Under the pieces are notes generated by a model, which did no database searches, was not told the DNA's origin, and worked only from the letters and a program-made list of their open reading frames with translations. From Alphaproteobacteria bacterium (lineage in GTDB: Bacteria; Pseudomonadota; Alphaproteobacteria; Ferrovibrionales; Ferrovibrionaceae): a DNA stretch of 64,000 nt. This document shows positions 19,495-29,290 of the stretch, one piece after another. The stretch is from contig JAGXRD010000076.1 in assembly GCA_018336035.1 (NCBI GenBank), positions 2,426-66,425 on the forward strand. The letters are read 5' to 3'. Every line of letters starts with the position of its first letter. Within the stretch, counting starts at the first letter, position 1. The translations under genes were made by a program, and so were the position numbers.

Positions 19495-20667
19495 GTGGTC
19501 CTGGAGATCGTGGAATGGGAATCCAGTATTACGGATGCCGGTATGCTTGACGGCCTGGTCGAAGACTTCCTGCAGGGCTTTTTGCGCGACGACGTTCGGC
19601 TGGAGGGCGGTCTGGCAACGCTCAGCCGGCAGCTCGGGGCTGAAAACGGGCAGCTGGTGATTCGCCAGGGCGACACTGGCACACCCCTGCTGCGCTATAT
19701 CCATGGCGTTCCTGACGACTACCACCTGATCAACAGCTACGACAGCGAATACTGCGCCCAGGATCCTTTCCTGGCGCCGCTATGGATGCCCGAAAATCTC
19801 GACCGGCTGTTCTGGGCCGATCTGAACGAGCAGGACGGCGCCGACACGGCTGGGGCGGGGGCGGTTGCCTTCTTCGATGCCTACCGCAAGGCCGGCTGGC
19901 GCTACATGCTCTCCTGCGCCTTTTACAACAAGGACGGCCGGCTGGGCTATCTCCGCTTCCTGCGGGCGGCCAGCGCCGGGCCGTTCGACCGTGATCGTGC
20001 TGGTCCCCTGCCGTATTTCCTGCCCAAGCTGGCGACGGCTTATGGGCTACGCGAGACCTTCTCCCAGGTTTATGCCGCACTCGAGCCGCACCTGCTGCAG
20101 AGCAGTGATGAGGCTACCGGCATCGTTTATTTCGATGCCGAGCGGCGCAGCGTGCTGCTGAATGATCATGCACGGCGCATCTTCGCGAGCATGGACGGGC
20201 TATATCACAAGGCCGGCGCGGTGACGGCCGGCGGCTGGGAGGAGACCCAGGCGATCGGCAAGCTGATCACCACCGCCATCGCCACGGCGCGGGATCCGCA
20301 CAGCCTGCCGTCGCGCAGCGAACTCACGATTGCCCGGCCGTCGGGACGCGCGCCATACCTGCTTCAGGCCGTGCCGGTGATCATCCGCAACCGCTTCACC
20401 GACGAGAATGGCATTGTCGCGGCTTTGCGGATCGTCGACCAGGAGGAGCAGGATCTGAGCGCGACGAGTCAGGCCTATCGGCTGACCGCGGCGGAAACCC
20501 GACTGGCCCAATATCTGATCTCGGGCATGCCACCGAAGGAAGTCGCAAGGCAGACGGGACTCAGCATTCACACCATCCGCACCCAGCAGCGCGGCCTCTA
20601 TCGCAAGCTGGGTGTATCGCGGCATTACGATCTGCTGATGCGGCTGGCGCCCAACCGGATTAAATGA
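19495..20667 (+). CDS. LuxR-family transcriptional regulator with large uncharacterised N-terminal region
   Basis: The C-terminal HTH is LTAAETRLAQYLISGMPPKEVARQTGLSIHTIRTQQRGLYRKLGV. The start is uncertain, either GTG 19495 or ATG 19543. Confidence 0.8.
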   Translation: MVLEIVEWESSITDAGMLDGLVEDFLQGFLRDDVRLEGGLATLSRQLGAENGQLVIRQGDTGTPLLRYIHGVPDDYHLINSYDSEYCAQDPFLAPLWMPENLDRLFWADLNEQDGADTAGAGAVAFFDAYRKAGWRYMLSCAFYNKDGRLGYLRFLRAASAGPFDRDRAGPLPYFLPKLATAYGLRETFSQVYAALEPHLLQSSDEATGIVYFDAERRSVLLNDHARRIFASMDGLYHKAGAVTAGGWEETQAIGKLITTAIATARDPHSLPSRSELTIARPSGRAPYLLQAVPVIIRNRFTDENGIVAALRIVDQEEQDLSATSQAYRLTAAETRLAQYLISGMPPKEVARQTGLSIHTIRTQQRGLYRKLGVSRHYDLLMRLAPNRIK

Positions 20668-20835
20668 TCTGCGTCTTCTGAGCCGAGCACAGTGTTAATC
20701 CGGCAGTGCAGTATACTGCCGCTGCGAGCCAGGCGAAATTTCATCTAAATCCATAGACCTGCCGCGCTGCGATCCATGGCCTCTCATGCGGCGCCATGGC
20801 AGAAAGATCGTCATATTCGTTTCTCGCCATTCGGG

Positions 20836-21456
20836 ATGCCGGTCATGACCATCATCAAAACCATCGAGCAACTGGAAGCGCTATACGGTCAGCCGGGCGA
20901 AACCTCGCTCGCCAAAGAGATCGACTACATCGCGCCGGAATATCGCGCCTATATCGAGGCTTCGCCCTTCGTTACGGTGGCGACATCGGGTCCGGAGGGG
21001 CTGGACTGCTCGCCGCGCGGCGACAAGGCTGGTTTCGTGCGTATCCACGACGACCGCACGCTGATGCTGCCGGATCGGCGTGGCAACAACCGCGTCGACA
21101 CGTTGCGCAACATCCTGTGCGATCCGCGCGTCGGCCTGCTGTTCGTCATTCCCGGGTCGGGCAACACGCTGCGCGTCAACGGCCGCGCCCATCTCGAGAC
21201 CGATCCGATGCTGCTCGACAGCTTCCTCATGGAAGGCAAGGCGCCGCGCTCGGTGATGGTGATCGCCATCGACAGCGTCTATTTCCAGTGCGCCCGCGCC
21301 ATCGTGCGCGCCGATCTGTGGAATCCGGCGCTGCATGTCGATCCCGCGACCTTGCCGACCGCCGGACAGATTCTGGCTGCACTCAGCAAAGGTCGCGTTG
21401 GCGGCGAGAGCTACGATCGCGAATGGCCGGACCGCGCCAAGGCTTCGATGTGGTGA
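20836..21456 (+). CDS. Pyridoxamine 5'-phosphate oxidase (PPOX)-family FMN-binding protein
   Basis: SPFVTVATSGPEGLDCSPRGD...MLPDRRGNNRVDTLRNIL.DPRVGLLFVIPG..NTLRVNGRA. The start is uncertain (20836 or 20845). Confidence 0.8.
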   Translation: MPVMTIIKTIEQLEALYGQPGETSLAKEIDYIAPEYRAYIEASPFVTVATSGPEGLDCSPRGDKAGFVRIHDDRTLMLPDRRGNNRVDTLRNILCDPRVGLLFVIPGSGNTLRVNGRAHLETDPMLLDSFLMEGKAPRSVMVIAIDSVYFQCARAIVRADLWNPALHVDPATLPTAGQILAALSKGRVGGESYDREWPDRAKASMW

Positions 21457-21461
21457 TGAGC

Positions 21462-21499
21462 GCGAGGTCCGCCGCACCCCCTCGGTAAGCGGACCTCGC
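21462..21499. other. 11-bp perfect hairpin between convergent PPOX gene and small ORF
   Basis: GCGAGGTCCGC (21462-21472) pairs with GCGGACCTCGC (21489-21499) across a 16-nt loop. There is no U-tract on either side. Confidence 0.6.
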
Positions 21500-21510
21500 A
21501 TCAGCTGCCC

Positions 21511-21738
21511 TTAAGGGCGCTGCAGCAGTCTTGGCAGGCCGTCGGGCCGCAGATTGGTCAGCGACAGGGCTGCGGCGGCCAGCCTGGCCGAAACCTGACA
21601 GGCCTCCAGCGCGGCAGCCTCGGCTGCCAGGTCGCCCGCCGCCAGCGTCGGCTGGCTCGGACCGGCACTGCCGCTGGTATCGGCAGAAATGGTGGATTCC
21701 GGTGGCGGAATCTGGATCAACCTCGTGCTCTTGGTCAT
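21511..21738 (-). CDS. Hypothetical small protein (75 aa), no recognisable family
   Basis: The ATG at 21738 lies 5 nt after AAAGGGGA. Third-position G/C is high when I read the codons. Sequence: MTKSTRLIQIPPPESTISADTSGSAGPSQPTLAAGDLAAEAAALEACQVSARLAAAALSLTNLRPDGLPRLLQRP. Confidence 0.45.
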   Translation of the reverse strand: MTKSTRLIQIPPPESTISADTSGSAGPSQPTLAAGDLAAEAAALEACQVSARLAAAALSLTNLRPDGLPRLLQRP

Positions 21739-21936
21739 GGTATCCCCTTTCTGGGAATGAAATGGCTGTTTCAAGCCAAGGTAGAACAAAGCTTAACCGC
21801 GTCTGCAGGATTTGTCTTGTCCCTGCTGCTCGAAAGCCTTGCTCCACCGTCTCATCTTCCTCCGCCATTAGAACTAGAAGATCAATCGGCGATTGCGTTG
21901 CCGGGGGCTGCATGGGAGAACTTCCCCAAGGGAAGA

Positions 21937-23028
21937 ATGAGAATGAAGACCAAAATTCCAAAGGCGTCGCTGACGCGCGGTATGGCGCCGGATGAGTGGC
22001 TGCAGCCGCTGTTCAGCCAAAGTATCGCTGCCTATCTGGATGCGCAGCCGGTCCGGAATCCTGCAGAATCAAGTCGCCCCCCGGAAGTGCATCAGTTTCA
22101 CCTGGGGCAGGCGATCTTCCTGGACACGACGTTCGAAGCACAGCGTTTCCGCCGCGATCCGGCCTGGATGGCGCGCAACCAGGATGTCGACCACCTTGCG
22201 CTGCAGCTCTATCTTGATGGCGGCAACGAGGTCGTGAACGGCGCCCATCAATTCTCCCAAAAGGCGGGCAATGTTTTTGCCGTCAACCTCGCCTATGAAG
22301 TCTATGCGGAATCTCAGGATTCCCGGGTTCTGACCCTGATGCTCCCCCGCAGCTTACTGTCGGCCAACCTGCCGCAGCTGCTCGATGCGGCAGGCGGCCT
22401 CTTCGTCCAAAATTCGGCTAGTGCTCAGGTCTTCAGCGATCATCTGCGGTCGCTGCATCAAAATCTGACGACCGCCACCACGGTCGAGATTTCCGCGATC
22501 CTGCAGGGCACTTTCGGGTTGCTGGACTCGCTTGTCGGCCATGCCGACATCACGGCCAGCGCGGCACAGCAGGCCACGTTGCGCACCATGTGCAGCTTCA
22601 TCGACAGGCATCTGCGCGGTCCAGACCTTGGCGTCGAAAGCCTGTGCAAGCAGTTTCGTTGTTCGCGCGCTACGCTGTATCGTCTGTTCAAACCGCTGGG
22701 GGGCGTGCGCGAGCATATCCAGCGCCGGCGCCTGATGGCCTGCTTCAAGGCGATCACCATGCAGAGCCATCGTCGCATTTTCGACATTGCGCTGGATTAC
22801 GGTTTCGTCTCGCCGAGCCATTTCAGCAATCTGTTCCGCGACTATTTCGGCATGACCCCGCGCGAGGCGCGCGATGCCGGCAATCAGCCGCCGCAGGTCG
22901 TCACACGGATCGAAATGGTCAAGGCGCCGGTCGGCGTTACCGCCCGGGAGGAGGCCGAGATGATGTGGCAATGGGGGCGCACCCTGGCCCGGACCGGCAG
23001 CATTGTGACCGAGGGTGTCGCGGACTAG
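21937..23028 (+). CDS. AraC-family transcriptional regulator (AraC-binding-like N-domain)
   Basis: The C-terminal double HTH is LCKQFRCSRATLYRLF...IALDYGFVSPSHFSNLFRDYFGMTPREAR. Trimmed to ATG 21937, which follows AAGGGAAGA. Confidence 0.85.
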   Translation: MRMKTKIPKASLTRGMAPDEWLQPLFSQSIAAYLDAQPVRNPAESSRPPEVHQFHLGQAIFLDTTFEAQRFRRDPAWMARNQDVDHLALQLYLDGGNEVVNGAHQFSQKAGNVFAVNLAYEVYAESQDSRVLTLMLPRSLLSANLPQLLDAAGGLFVQNSASAQVFSDHLRSLHQNLTTATTVEISAILQGTFGLLDSLVGHADITASAAQQATLRTMCSFIDRHLRGPDLGVESLCKQFRCSRATLYRLFKPLGGVREHIQRRRLMACFKAITMQSHRRIFDIALDYGFVSPSHFSNLFRDYFGMTPREARDAGNQPPQVVTRIEMVKAPVGVTAREEAEMMWQWGRTLARTGSIVTEGVAD

Positions 23029-23621
23029 CCGGCGGTTTTATCCCGCAGCAGGAATGTCAGCCGTGCCGGTCCTTGCTGGCGTTCTTCCAGCAGTTTGAAA
23101 CCGGGCGGCGCGACAAAACTGCCCTCCGAGCTGCCTTTCCGTGCATCGGTTTCCACGATCACCAGTGCATCGGGTTTCAGCCAGCCGTTCTGCGCCAGCG
23201 CGAGCAGCACCTGCGGCCCAAGTCCTGAACCATAGGGCGGATCCATCAGCACCAGATCGACAGGAGCCGGTGCCGGGCCCGGATGCAATGCATCATGGCC
23301 GCGCAGCGTGATGCGGCCAGCCATGTCGAGACTATTGGCGTTGCCCAGGATGGTGCGCCGTGCCGCCGGGTCGATCTCGAACAGATAGGCATGCTGCGCG
23401 CCGCGCGACAGCGCCTCGAAACTCAGCGCGCCCGAGCCGGCGAAGGGATCGAGTACGATTCCGCCATCGAGCCGCGTCTTGCCGCCCTCGGCCATCAGGC
23501 CGGGCGAGTGCAGCAGCATGTTGAACAGCGATTCACGCACGCGATCTATGGTCGGACGCGTGGTTTCGTCGGCCGGTGCCGCAATCGGCCGGCCGCGATG
23601 CGTGCCGCCTACAATGCGCAT
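23025..23621 (-). CDS. rsmD: 16S rRNA (guanine966-N2)-methyltransferase
   Basis: MRIVGGTHRGRPI..P....TRPTIDRVRESLFNML, the SAM site DPFAGSGALSFEALSRGA, and the catalytic LMDPPYG. Confidence 0.9.
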   Translation of the reverse strand: MRIVGGTHRGRPIAAPADETTRPTIDRVRESLFNMLLHSPGLMAEGGKTRLDGGIVLDPFAGSGALSFEALSRGAQHAYLFEIDPAARRTILGNANSLDMAGRITLRGHDALHPGPAPAPVDLVLMDPPYGSGLGPQVLLALAQNGWLKPDALVIVETDARKGSSEGSFVAPPGFKLLEERQQGPARLTFLLRDKTAG

Positions 23622-23631
23622 GGGGCGATCC

Positions 23632-24393
23632 TCATTTCACCTGTGGCGCTGCGGGCGGCTTGCCGGAGCCGATCTGCTCCTTGATCACCTTGCCGGGCAC
23701 TTCCTTCACTTTACCGGGCTCGATGGCGCCGAGCTGGAAGGGGCCATAGGCGGTGCGGATCAGGCGGCTGACCTGGTGGCCGAGATGCTCCATCACGCGA
23801 CGCACCTCGCGGTTCTTGCCTTCGCGCAGGCCGACGATCAGCCAGGTATTGTCGCCCTGGCTGCGCTCGACGCTGGCTGTAATGGGGCCGTAATTCACGC
23901 CATCAATCGTGATGCCCTGTTCCAGTTCGGCGAGATGCTGCTTATGCGGCAGGCCGTTCACGCGGACGCGGTAGCGCCGCAGCCAGCCTGTGCTGGGCAG
24001 TTCCAGCCGGCGCGCCAGTTCGCCATCGTTGGTCAGCAGCAGCAGGCCCTCGGAATTGAAATCGAGCCGACCGACCGAGATCACGCGCGGCAGGCCCGGC
24101 GGCAGGTTGTCGAACACCGTCGGCCGGCCCTGCGGGTCCCTGTGCGTGGTCATCAGGCCGCGCGGCTTGTGATAGAGCCAGAGCTGCGTCCTGGCCGCAC
24201 CGGCCAGCGGCTTGCCGTTGACCAGAATGACGTCAGCATCGGTGACCACACAGGCTGGCGTATCCAGCTTCCTGCCGTTGACGACGACGCGACCCTCGGC
24301 GATCCAGCGTTCGGCATCGCGGCGCGAACACAGGCCGGCACGCGCCATGCGCTTGGCGATGCGCTCGCCCTTTTCGTTTTCTATGTCGCTCAT
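23632..24393 (-). CDS. Pseudouridine synthase (RsuA/RluB family, S4 domain)
   Basis: The S4 domain is RIAKRMARAGLCSRRDAERWIAEGRVVVNG. The catalytic motif is GRLDFNSEGLLLLTNDG. Confidence 0.87.
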   Translation of the reverse strand: MSDIENEKGERIAKRMARAGLCSRRDAERWIAEGRVVVNGRKLDTPACVVTDADVILVNGKPLAGAARTQLWLYHKPRGLMTTHRDPQGRPTVFDNLPPGLPRVISVGRLDFNSEGLLLLTNDGELARRLELPSTGWLRRYRVRVNGLPHKQHLAELEQGITIDGVNYGPITASVERSQGDNTWLIVGLREGKNREVRRVMEHLGHQVSRLIRTAYGPFQLGAIEPGKVKEVPGKVIKEQIGSGKPPAAPQVK

Positions 24394-25127
24394 GGTCTGC
24401 AGGCCGCGATGAAAGCGGCGAACAGCTTACGGTCGCCGTCGCTGATGAAGAATTCCGGGTGCCACTGCACGCCGAGGCAGAACTTATAGCCCGGATGCTC
24501 GATGCCCTCGATCACGCCGTCCGGCGCGATGGCGTCACAGACTGCGCCCGGCGCCACGGCATCCACCGCCTGGTGATGCGCCGAATTGACCGGCAGTTCC
24601 TCGGCTTCGACGATACGGCTGAGCAGCGTGTTGGCGCTCACCTTAACGGGATGGCCGGCCTGGTCGCGCGGATTGGGCTGTTCATGCGCCAGCGGGTCTT
24701 TCACACTGTCGGGGATATGCTGGATCAGGGTGCCGCCGAGCACCACGTTCAGCAGCTGCTGGCCGCCACAGATGCCAAAAACCGGCTTGTTGCGATCCAG
24801 CATGCCACGGGTGATCGCCCACTCGAACTGCGTGCGGGCAGTCTTCACCTTTACGGTGTCATGCTTCACCTCGGCGCCGAACAGGGCCGGGTCGACATCG
24901 AAATTGCCCCCGGTGACGATCAGGCCGTCGAGCAGGTCGAGATAGGCCGGCACGGCATCGGGCTCATGCGGCAGTACCAGCGGCAGGCCGCCGGACTGGG
25001 TGACGGCCGAGCAGTAATTCTGCCGCAGGGCGTACCAGGGGAATTTGGAATAGCCGCCGGGCTCCTCGGAATCGAGGGTGATGCCGATCAGGGGCGGACG
25101 GGCCGGAGAATGCTGGTTCATGAGCAT
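24390..25127 (-). CDS. Gamma-glutamyl-gamma-aminobutyrate hydrolase family protein (peptidase C26, class I glutamine amidotransferase)
   Basis: Trimmed to ATG 25127 (MLMNQHSPARPPLIGITLD). Motifs: the nucleophile elbow GICGGQQLLNV and NSAHHQAV. Confidence 0.85.
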   Translation of the reverse strand: MLMNQHSPARPPLIGITLDSEEPGGYSKFPWYALRQNYCSAVTQSGGLPLVLPHEPDAVPAYLDLLDGLIVTGGNFDVDPALFGAEVKHDTVKVKTARTQFEWAITRGMLDRNKPVFGICGGQQLLNVVLGGTLIQHIPDSVKDPLAHEQPNPRDQAGHPVKVSANTLLSRIVEAEELPVNSAHHQAVDAVAPGAVCDAIAPDGVIEGIEHPGYKFCLGVQWHPEFFISDGDRKLFAAFIAACRP

Positions 25128-25163
25128 CTTATAGGCCGGGCAGGCTAAAATGACGAGGGGCGC

Positions 25164-25670
25164 TTGACGCCGATGGGGGTGTCCAGCACCCTCCGCGCTA
25201 TGGCCGAAGCCCCCCCAACCCCCACGCAAAAAACGCCTATGGATGCCGCGCTGGACGAAGCCCGGCTGGCGGCAGAGCGCGGCGAGGTGCCGGTGGGGGC
25301 CGTGATCGTGGACGGCAGCGGCACCATAGTGGCCCGGGCCGGGAACGAGACGCGGCTGCGCAACGATCCCACCGCCCATGCCGAGGTGCTGGTGATCCGC
25401 CAGGCCGCCGCGGCGCTGGGCGCCGAACGGCTAAGCGGTTGCGACCTTTACGTCACCCTGGAACCCTGCGCCATGTGCGCGGGCGCCATCAGCTTTGCCC
25501 GGCTGCGGCGGCTGTATTATGGCGCCGACGATCCCAAGGGCGGGGGCGTCGCCCATGGCGGGCGCTTCTTCGCGCAGCCGACCTGCCATCACCGTCCGGA
25601 CGTCTATGCCGGGATCGGCGAGACGGAAGCGGCCGAATTGTTACGCGGGTTTTTCGCCGCAAAGCGATAG
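25164..25670 (+). CDS. tadA: tRNA adenosine(34) deaminase
   Basis: EVPVGAVIV, HAEVLVIRQAA and TLEPCAMCAGAI are the CDA zinc motifs. The start is uncertain (25164, 25200 or 25239). Confidence 0.9.
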   Translation: MTPMGVSSTLRAMAEAPPTPTQKTPMDAALDEARLAAERGEVPVGAVIVDGSGTIVARAGNETRLRNDPTAHAEVLVIRQAAAALGAERLSGCDLYVTLEPCAMCAGAISFARLRRLYYGADDPKGGGVAHGGRFFAQPTCHHRPDVYAGIGETEAAELLRGFFAAKR

Positions 25671-25778
25671 CGCGTCCCAATCAGCGCGATTGGTTCAATC
25701 CCTAGCCGAAGTCGTTGCGCGGGCCTAAAGTCGGTCCTGTATCCGCTATCGGTTAACTTGAAAACAAGGGATGAAACA

Positions 25779-26984
<1,206 letters not shown>

Positions 26985-27017
26985 GCCTTAGTAGATCAGA
27001 AAAGAGAAAGCCTCCCC

Positions 27018-28106
27018 ATGACTGTTGAATCGTATTTCTCCGCCACCTATGGCGAGGCGCGGGACAAGTTCCGTGCCGCCGCGACGGAGGCGGGCGCCAA
27101 GCTCGTCTCCTTCGAGAACCCCAATGCCAAGGGGCCGAACGGCGAGACGCTGACCACTGATGTCGCGCTGCTCGGCCTGGAGAAGGCCGAGCGCGTCTAT
27201 CTCACCATCTCGGGCACCCATGGCGCCGAAGGTTTCTGCGGTTCGGGCGCGCAGATCGGCCATTTCAAGGACAAGCTGTTCGACGCCATGCCGGCGAACA
27301 GCCTTGCGATCATGGTCCATGCGATCAATCCCTATGGGTTTGCGCATGTGCGCCGCGTAACCGAGGACAATGTCGATCTCAACCGCAACTTCCAGGACTT
27401 CTCCAAGCCGCTGCCGGTGAACAAGGCCTATGAGGAAGTGCATGACCTGCTGCTGCCGCCGGTCTGGGAAGGCCAGGGTCGCGCCGCGGCTGATCAGGCC
27501 ATCCTGGAATATCAGCAGAAGCACGGCGCCTTCGCCTTCCAGGCGGCGATGTCGGGCGGCCAGTATGCGCGCCCTGACGGCTTGTTCTTCGGCGGTCAGA
27601 AGCCGACCTGGTCGAATACGACCTTCCGCCGCATCCTGAAGGAACTGGTGCCCGCCACGGCGCGCAAGCTGGTCAGTGTCGATTTCCATACCGGCCTCGG
27701 GCCGATGGGCTATGGCGAGCCGATTTATATCGGTCCGGATGATCCGGCGTTTTATCAGCGCGCCAAGACGGTGTTCGGTCCGGAAGTCACCAATCCGAAT
27801 GACGGCAGCTCCAGCTCGGCGCGCGTCACTGGCACGGTGCCGGAAGCCTTCCTCGACCTGCCGAAGTCGATCGAGGTGACGGCGATTGCGATGGAATACG
27901 GCACGCAGCCCTGGCAGCTGGTGACGGAAGCGCTGCGCGGCGACCACTGGCTGCATGCGCGTGGCGGCGACGTCAACTCGCCGCTCGGCCAGCAGCTCAA
28001 GCGCAAGATCCGCGATGCCTTCTACACCGACACGCCGGCCTGGAAGGCGGCGATTGCCGGCCGCGCCGCCGATTTCGCCCTGCGTGCTTTCCGCGGCCTC
28101 GAATAA
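27018..28106 (+). CDS. DUF2817-like protein (M14 carboxypeptidase / succinylglutamate desuccinylase-like fold)
   Basis: LTISGTHGAEGFCGSG...VHAINPYGFAHVRRVTEDNVDLNRNF resembles the DUF2817/M14-like zinc site region. The assignment is from memory. Confidence 0.6.
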   Translation: MTVESYFSATYGEARDKFRAAATEAGAKLVSFENPNAKGPNGETLTTDVALLGLEKAERVYLTISGTHGAEGFCGSGAQIGHFKDKLFDAMPANSLAIMVHAINPYGFAHVRRVTEDNVDLNRNFQDFSKPLPVNKAYEEVHDLLLPPVWEGQGRAAADQAILEYQQKHGAFAFQAAMSGGQYARPDGLFFGGQKPTWSNTTFRRILKELVPATARKLVSVDFHTGLGPMGYGEPIYIGPDDPAFYQRAKTVFGPEVTNPNDGSSSSARVTGTVPEAFLDLPKSIEVTAIAMEYGTQPWQLVTEALRGDHWLHARGGDVNSPLGQQLKRKIRDAFYTDTPAWKAAIAGRAADFALRAFRGLE

Positions 28107-28124
28107 GCGGACCGTTCAGCACGG

Positions 28125-28168
28125 AAAAAGAGATGGCGGCAGGATTGCTCCTGCTGCCATTCTTTTTC
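28125..28168. terminator. Bidirectional rho-independent terminator (DUF2817 gene / ECF sigma gene)
   Basis: AAAAAGAG-ATGGCGGCAGG-ATTGCT-CCTGCTGCCAT-TCTTTTT. The 11-bp stem has one mismatch. A-run and T-run flanks are present. Confidence 0.8.
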
Positions 28169-28209
28169 CAGTGCGTGATTGCTAGTGACGTCGCTGGGAG
28201 AAGTTCGTC

Positions 28210-28755
28210 TTAGTGATGCAGTTCGGCCAGGCGGGTTTCGCGGCTGGTCTCGCTGCGCGGCATCGGGCTCTCGCCGAGCATCTTGGCTTCCAGCTCCTGA
28301 CGGGCGCGGGCCAGACGGCTGCGGATCGTGCCGATCGGGCAACCGCAGACCTTGGCGGCTTCCTCGTAGGACAGGCCGCTGCCGACCACCAGCATCAGCG
28401 TCTCGCGCTGCGCCTTGTTCAGGGTATCGACCGCCTGCAGCAGTTCGCCCAGCACCATGGCGTCTTCCTGCGGCGCCTTGACGGCCATCAGGTTCTCGAT
28501 CGCGCTGGCATCGCCAAACGTGGTCGCCTCACGGCGGCGGCGGCGCGCCTGGTCGATATGCTGGTGGCGCATGATGGTGAAGGCCCAGGCCTTGAAGTTG
28601 GTGCCCGGCTGGAACTGCTCGGATTTGGCCAGCACGCGCAGCACGGTTTCCTGGGTCAGATCCTCGGCCCAGTTCCGGTCACGCGTCAGCATGATCGAGA
28701 AAGCCTTGAGGGAGGGGAGGGTCTCCAGCAGCAGGCCGTGAATTGCGTCGGTCAT
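28210..28755 (-). CDS. ECF (sigma-70 family) RNA polymerase sigma factor, EcfG-like by context
   Basis: Region 2 is DLTQETVLRVL...FQPGTNFKAWAFTIMRH. The region 4 HTH is LSYEEAAKVCGCPIGTIRSRLARAR. I prefer ATG 28755 (9 nt after AAGAGG) over ATG 28764. Confidence 0.85.
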   Translation of the reverse strand: MTDAIHGLLLETLPSLKAFSIMLTRDRNWAEDLTQETVLRVLAKSEQFQPGTNFKAWAFTIMRHQHIDQARRRRREATTFGDASAIENLMAVKAPQEDAMVLGELLQAVDTLNKAQRETLMLVVGSGLSYEEAAKVCGCPIGTIRSRLARARQELEAKMLGESPMPRSETSRETRLAELHH

Positions 28756-28863
28756 GGGGAACATCCTCTTTTATTTTTGGTCTCGGTGACGTGTCCGTCG
28801 ATGACCAGAGGATGGTCGGGATGGGCCTCAGCAGCCAGCGACAAGGCCGGGACATGCTGTGAC

Positions 28864-28890
28864 AAAACCGCGATGGAATTTCGCGGTTTT
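28864..28890 (-). other. Intra-operon hairpin between small acidic ORF and ECF sigma gene
   Basis: AAAACCGCG / CGCGGTTTT forms a 9-bp stem with a 9-nt loop. Read on the minus strand, the stem ends in TTTT and is followed by GTC. Confidence 0.55.
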
Positions 28891-28911
28891 CCATGAATTA
28901 CTTAATGAAAA

Positions 28912-29181
28912 TCAGTGCTTAGCCTTAGGGCTCGGGGATGTCACAGCGGCGGTTGTGTCGCTGCCGAGGTAATCCATGAGGCGCGGAAGGGCGCGATCCA
29001 GCCAGGAATTGAACTGCTGGGACTGCTGCGACTGCTCGGCCTGGCTGGGCGTGTGGTCTGGCTGGGCTGCGGTAAGCGGAAGGGCCTGGGCCTCCTGCGC
29101 GCCATTGCCGGCAACAGCAGACTCGGTTGCGAGGTCTGCAGCGCTTTCAGTCTCCACAAGATCTTTGTCGTTTTTAGACAT
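28912..29181 (-). CDS. Small acidic Gln/Ala-rich protein upstream of the ECF sigma gene (possible anti-sigma / NepR-like partner; no firm homology)
   Basis: Track ORF 28912..29196 (TTG start), trimmed to ATG 29181. Sequence: MSKNDKDLVETESAADLATES...QSQQSQQFNSWLDRALPRLMDYLGSD. Only its position upstream of the sigma gene supports a functional call. Confidence 0.45.
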   Translation of the reverse strand: MSKNDKDLVETESAADLATESAVAGNGAQEAQALPLTAAQPDHTPSQAEQSQQSQQFNSWLDRALPRLMDYLGSDTTAAVTSPSPKAKH

Positions 29182-29265
29182 ATCCCACACCTGCAACGGT
29201 CTTTGCCCGTCACCATCCGCCGATCGCCGATATCATCCACCGGCATCGGCCTACATGCAATTCCG

Positions 29266-29290
29266 AATGACCGACGGGTTACAAGGTTCC
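29266..29290 (-). promoter_or_regulatory. Near-consensus EcfG-type promoter (GGAAC-N16-CATT) upstream of the small ORF / sigma operon
   Basis: The minus strand reads GGAAC CTTGTAACCCGTCGGT CATT. It has one mismatch to the CGTT -10 element and lies about 85 nt upstream of ATG 29181. Confidence 0.45.
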
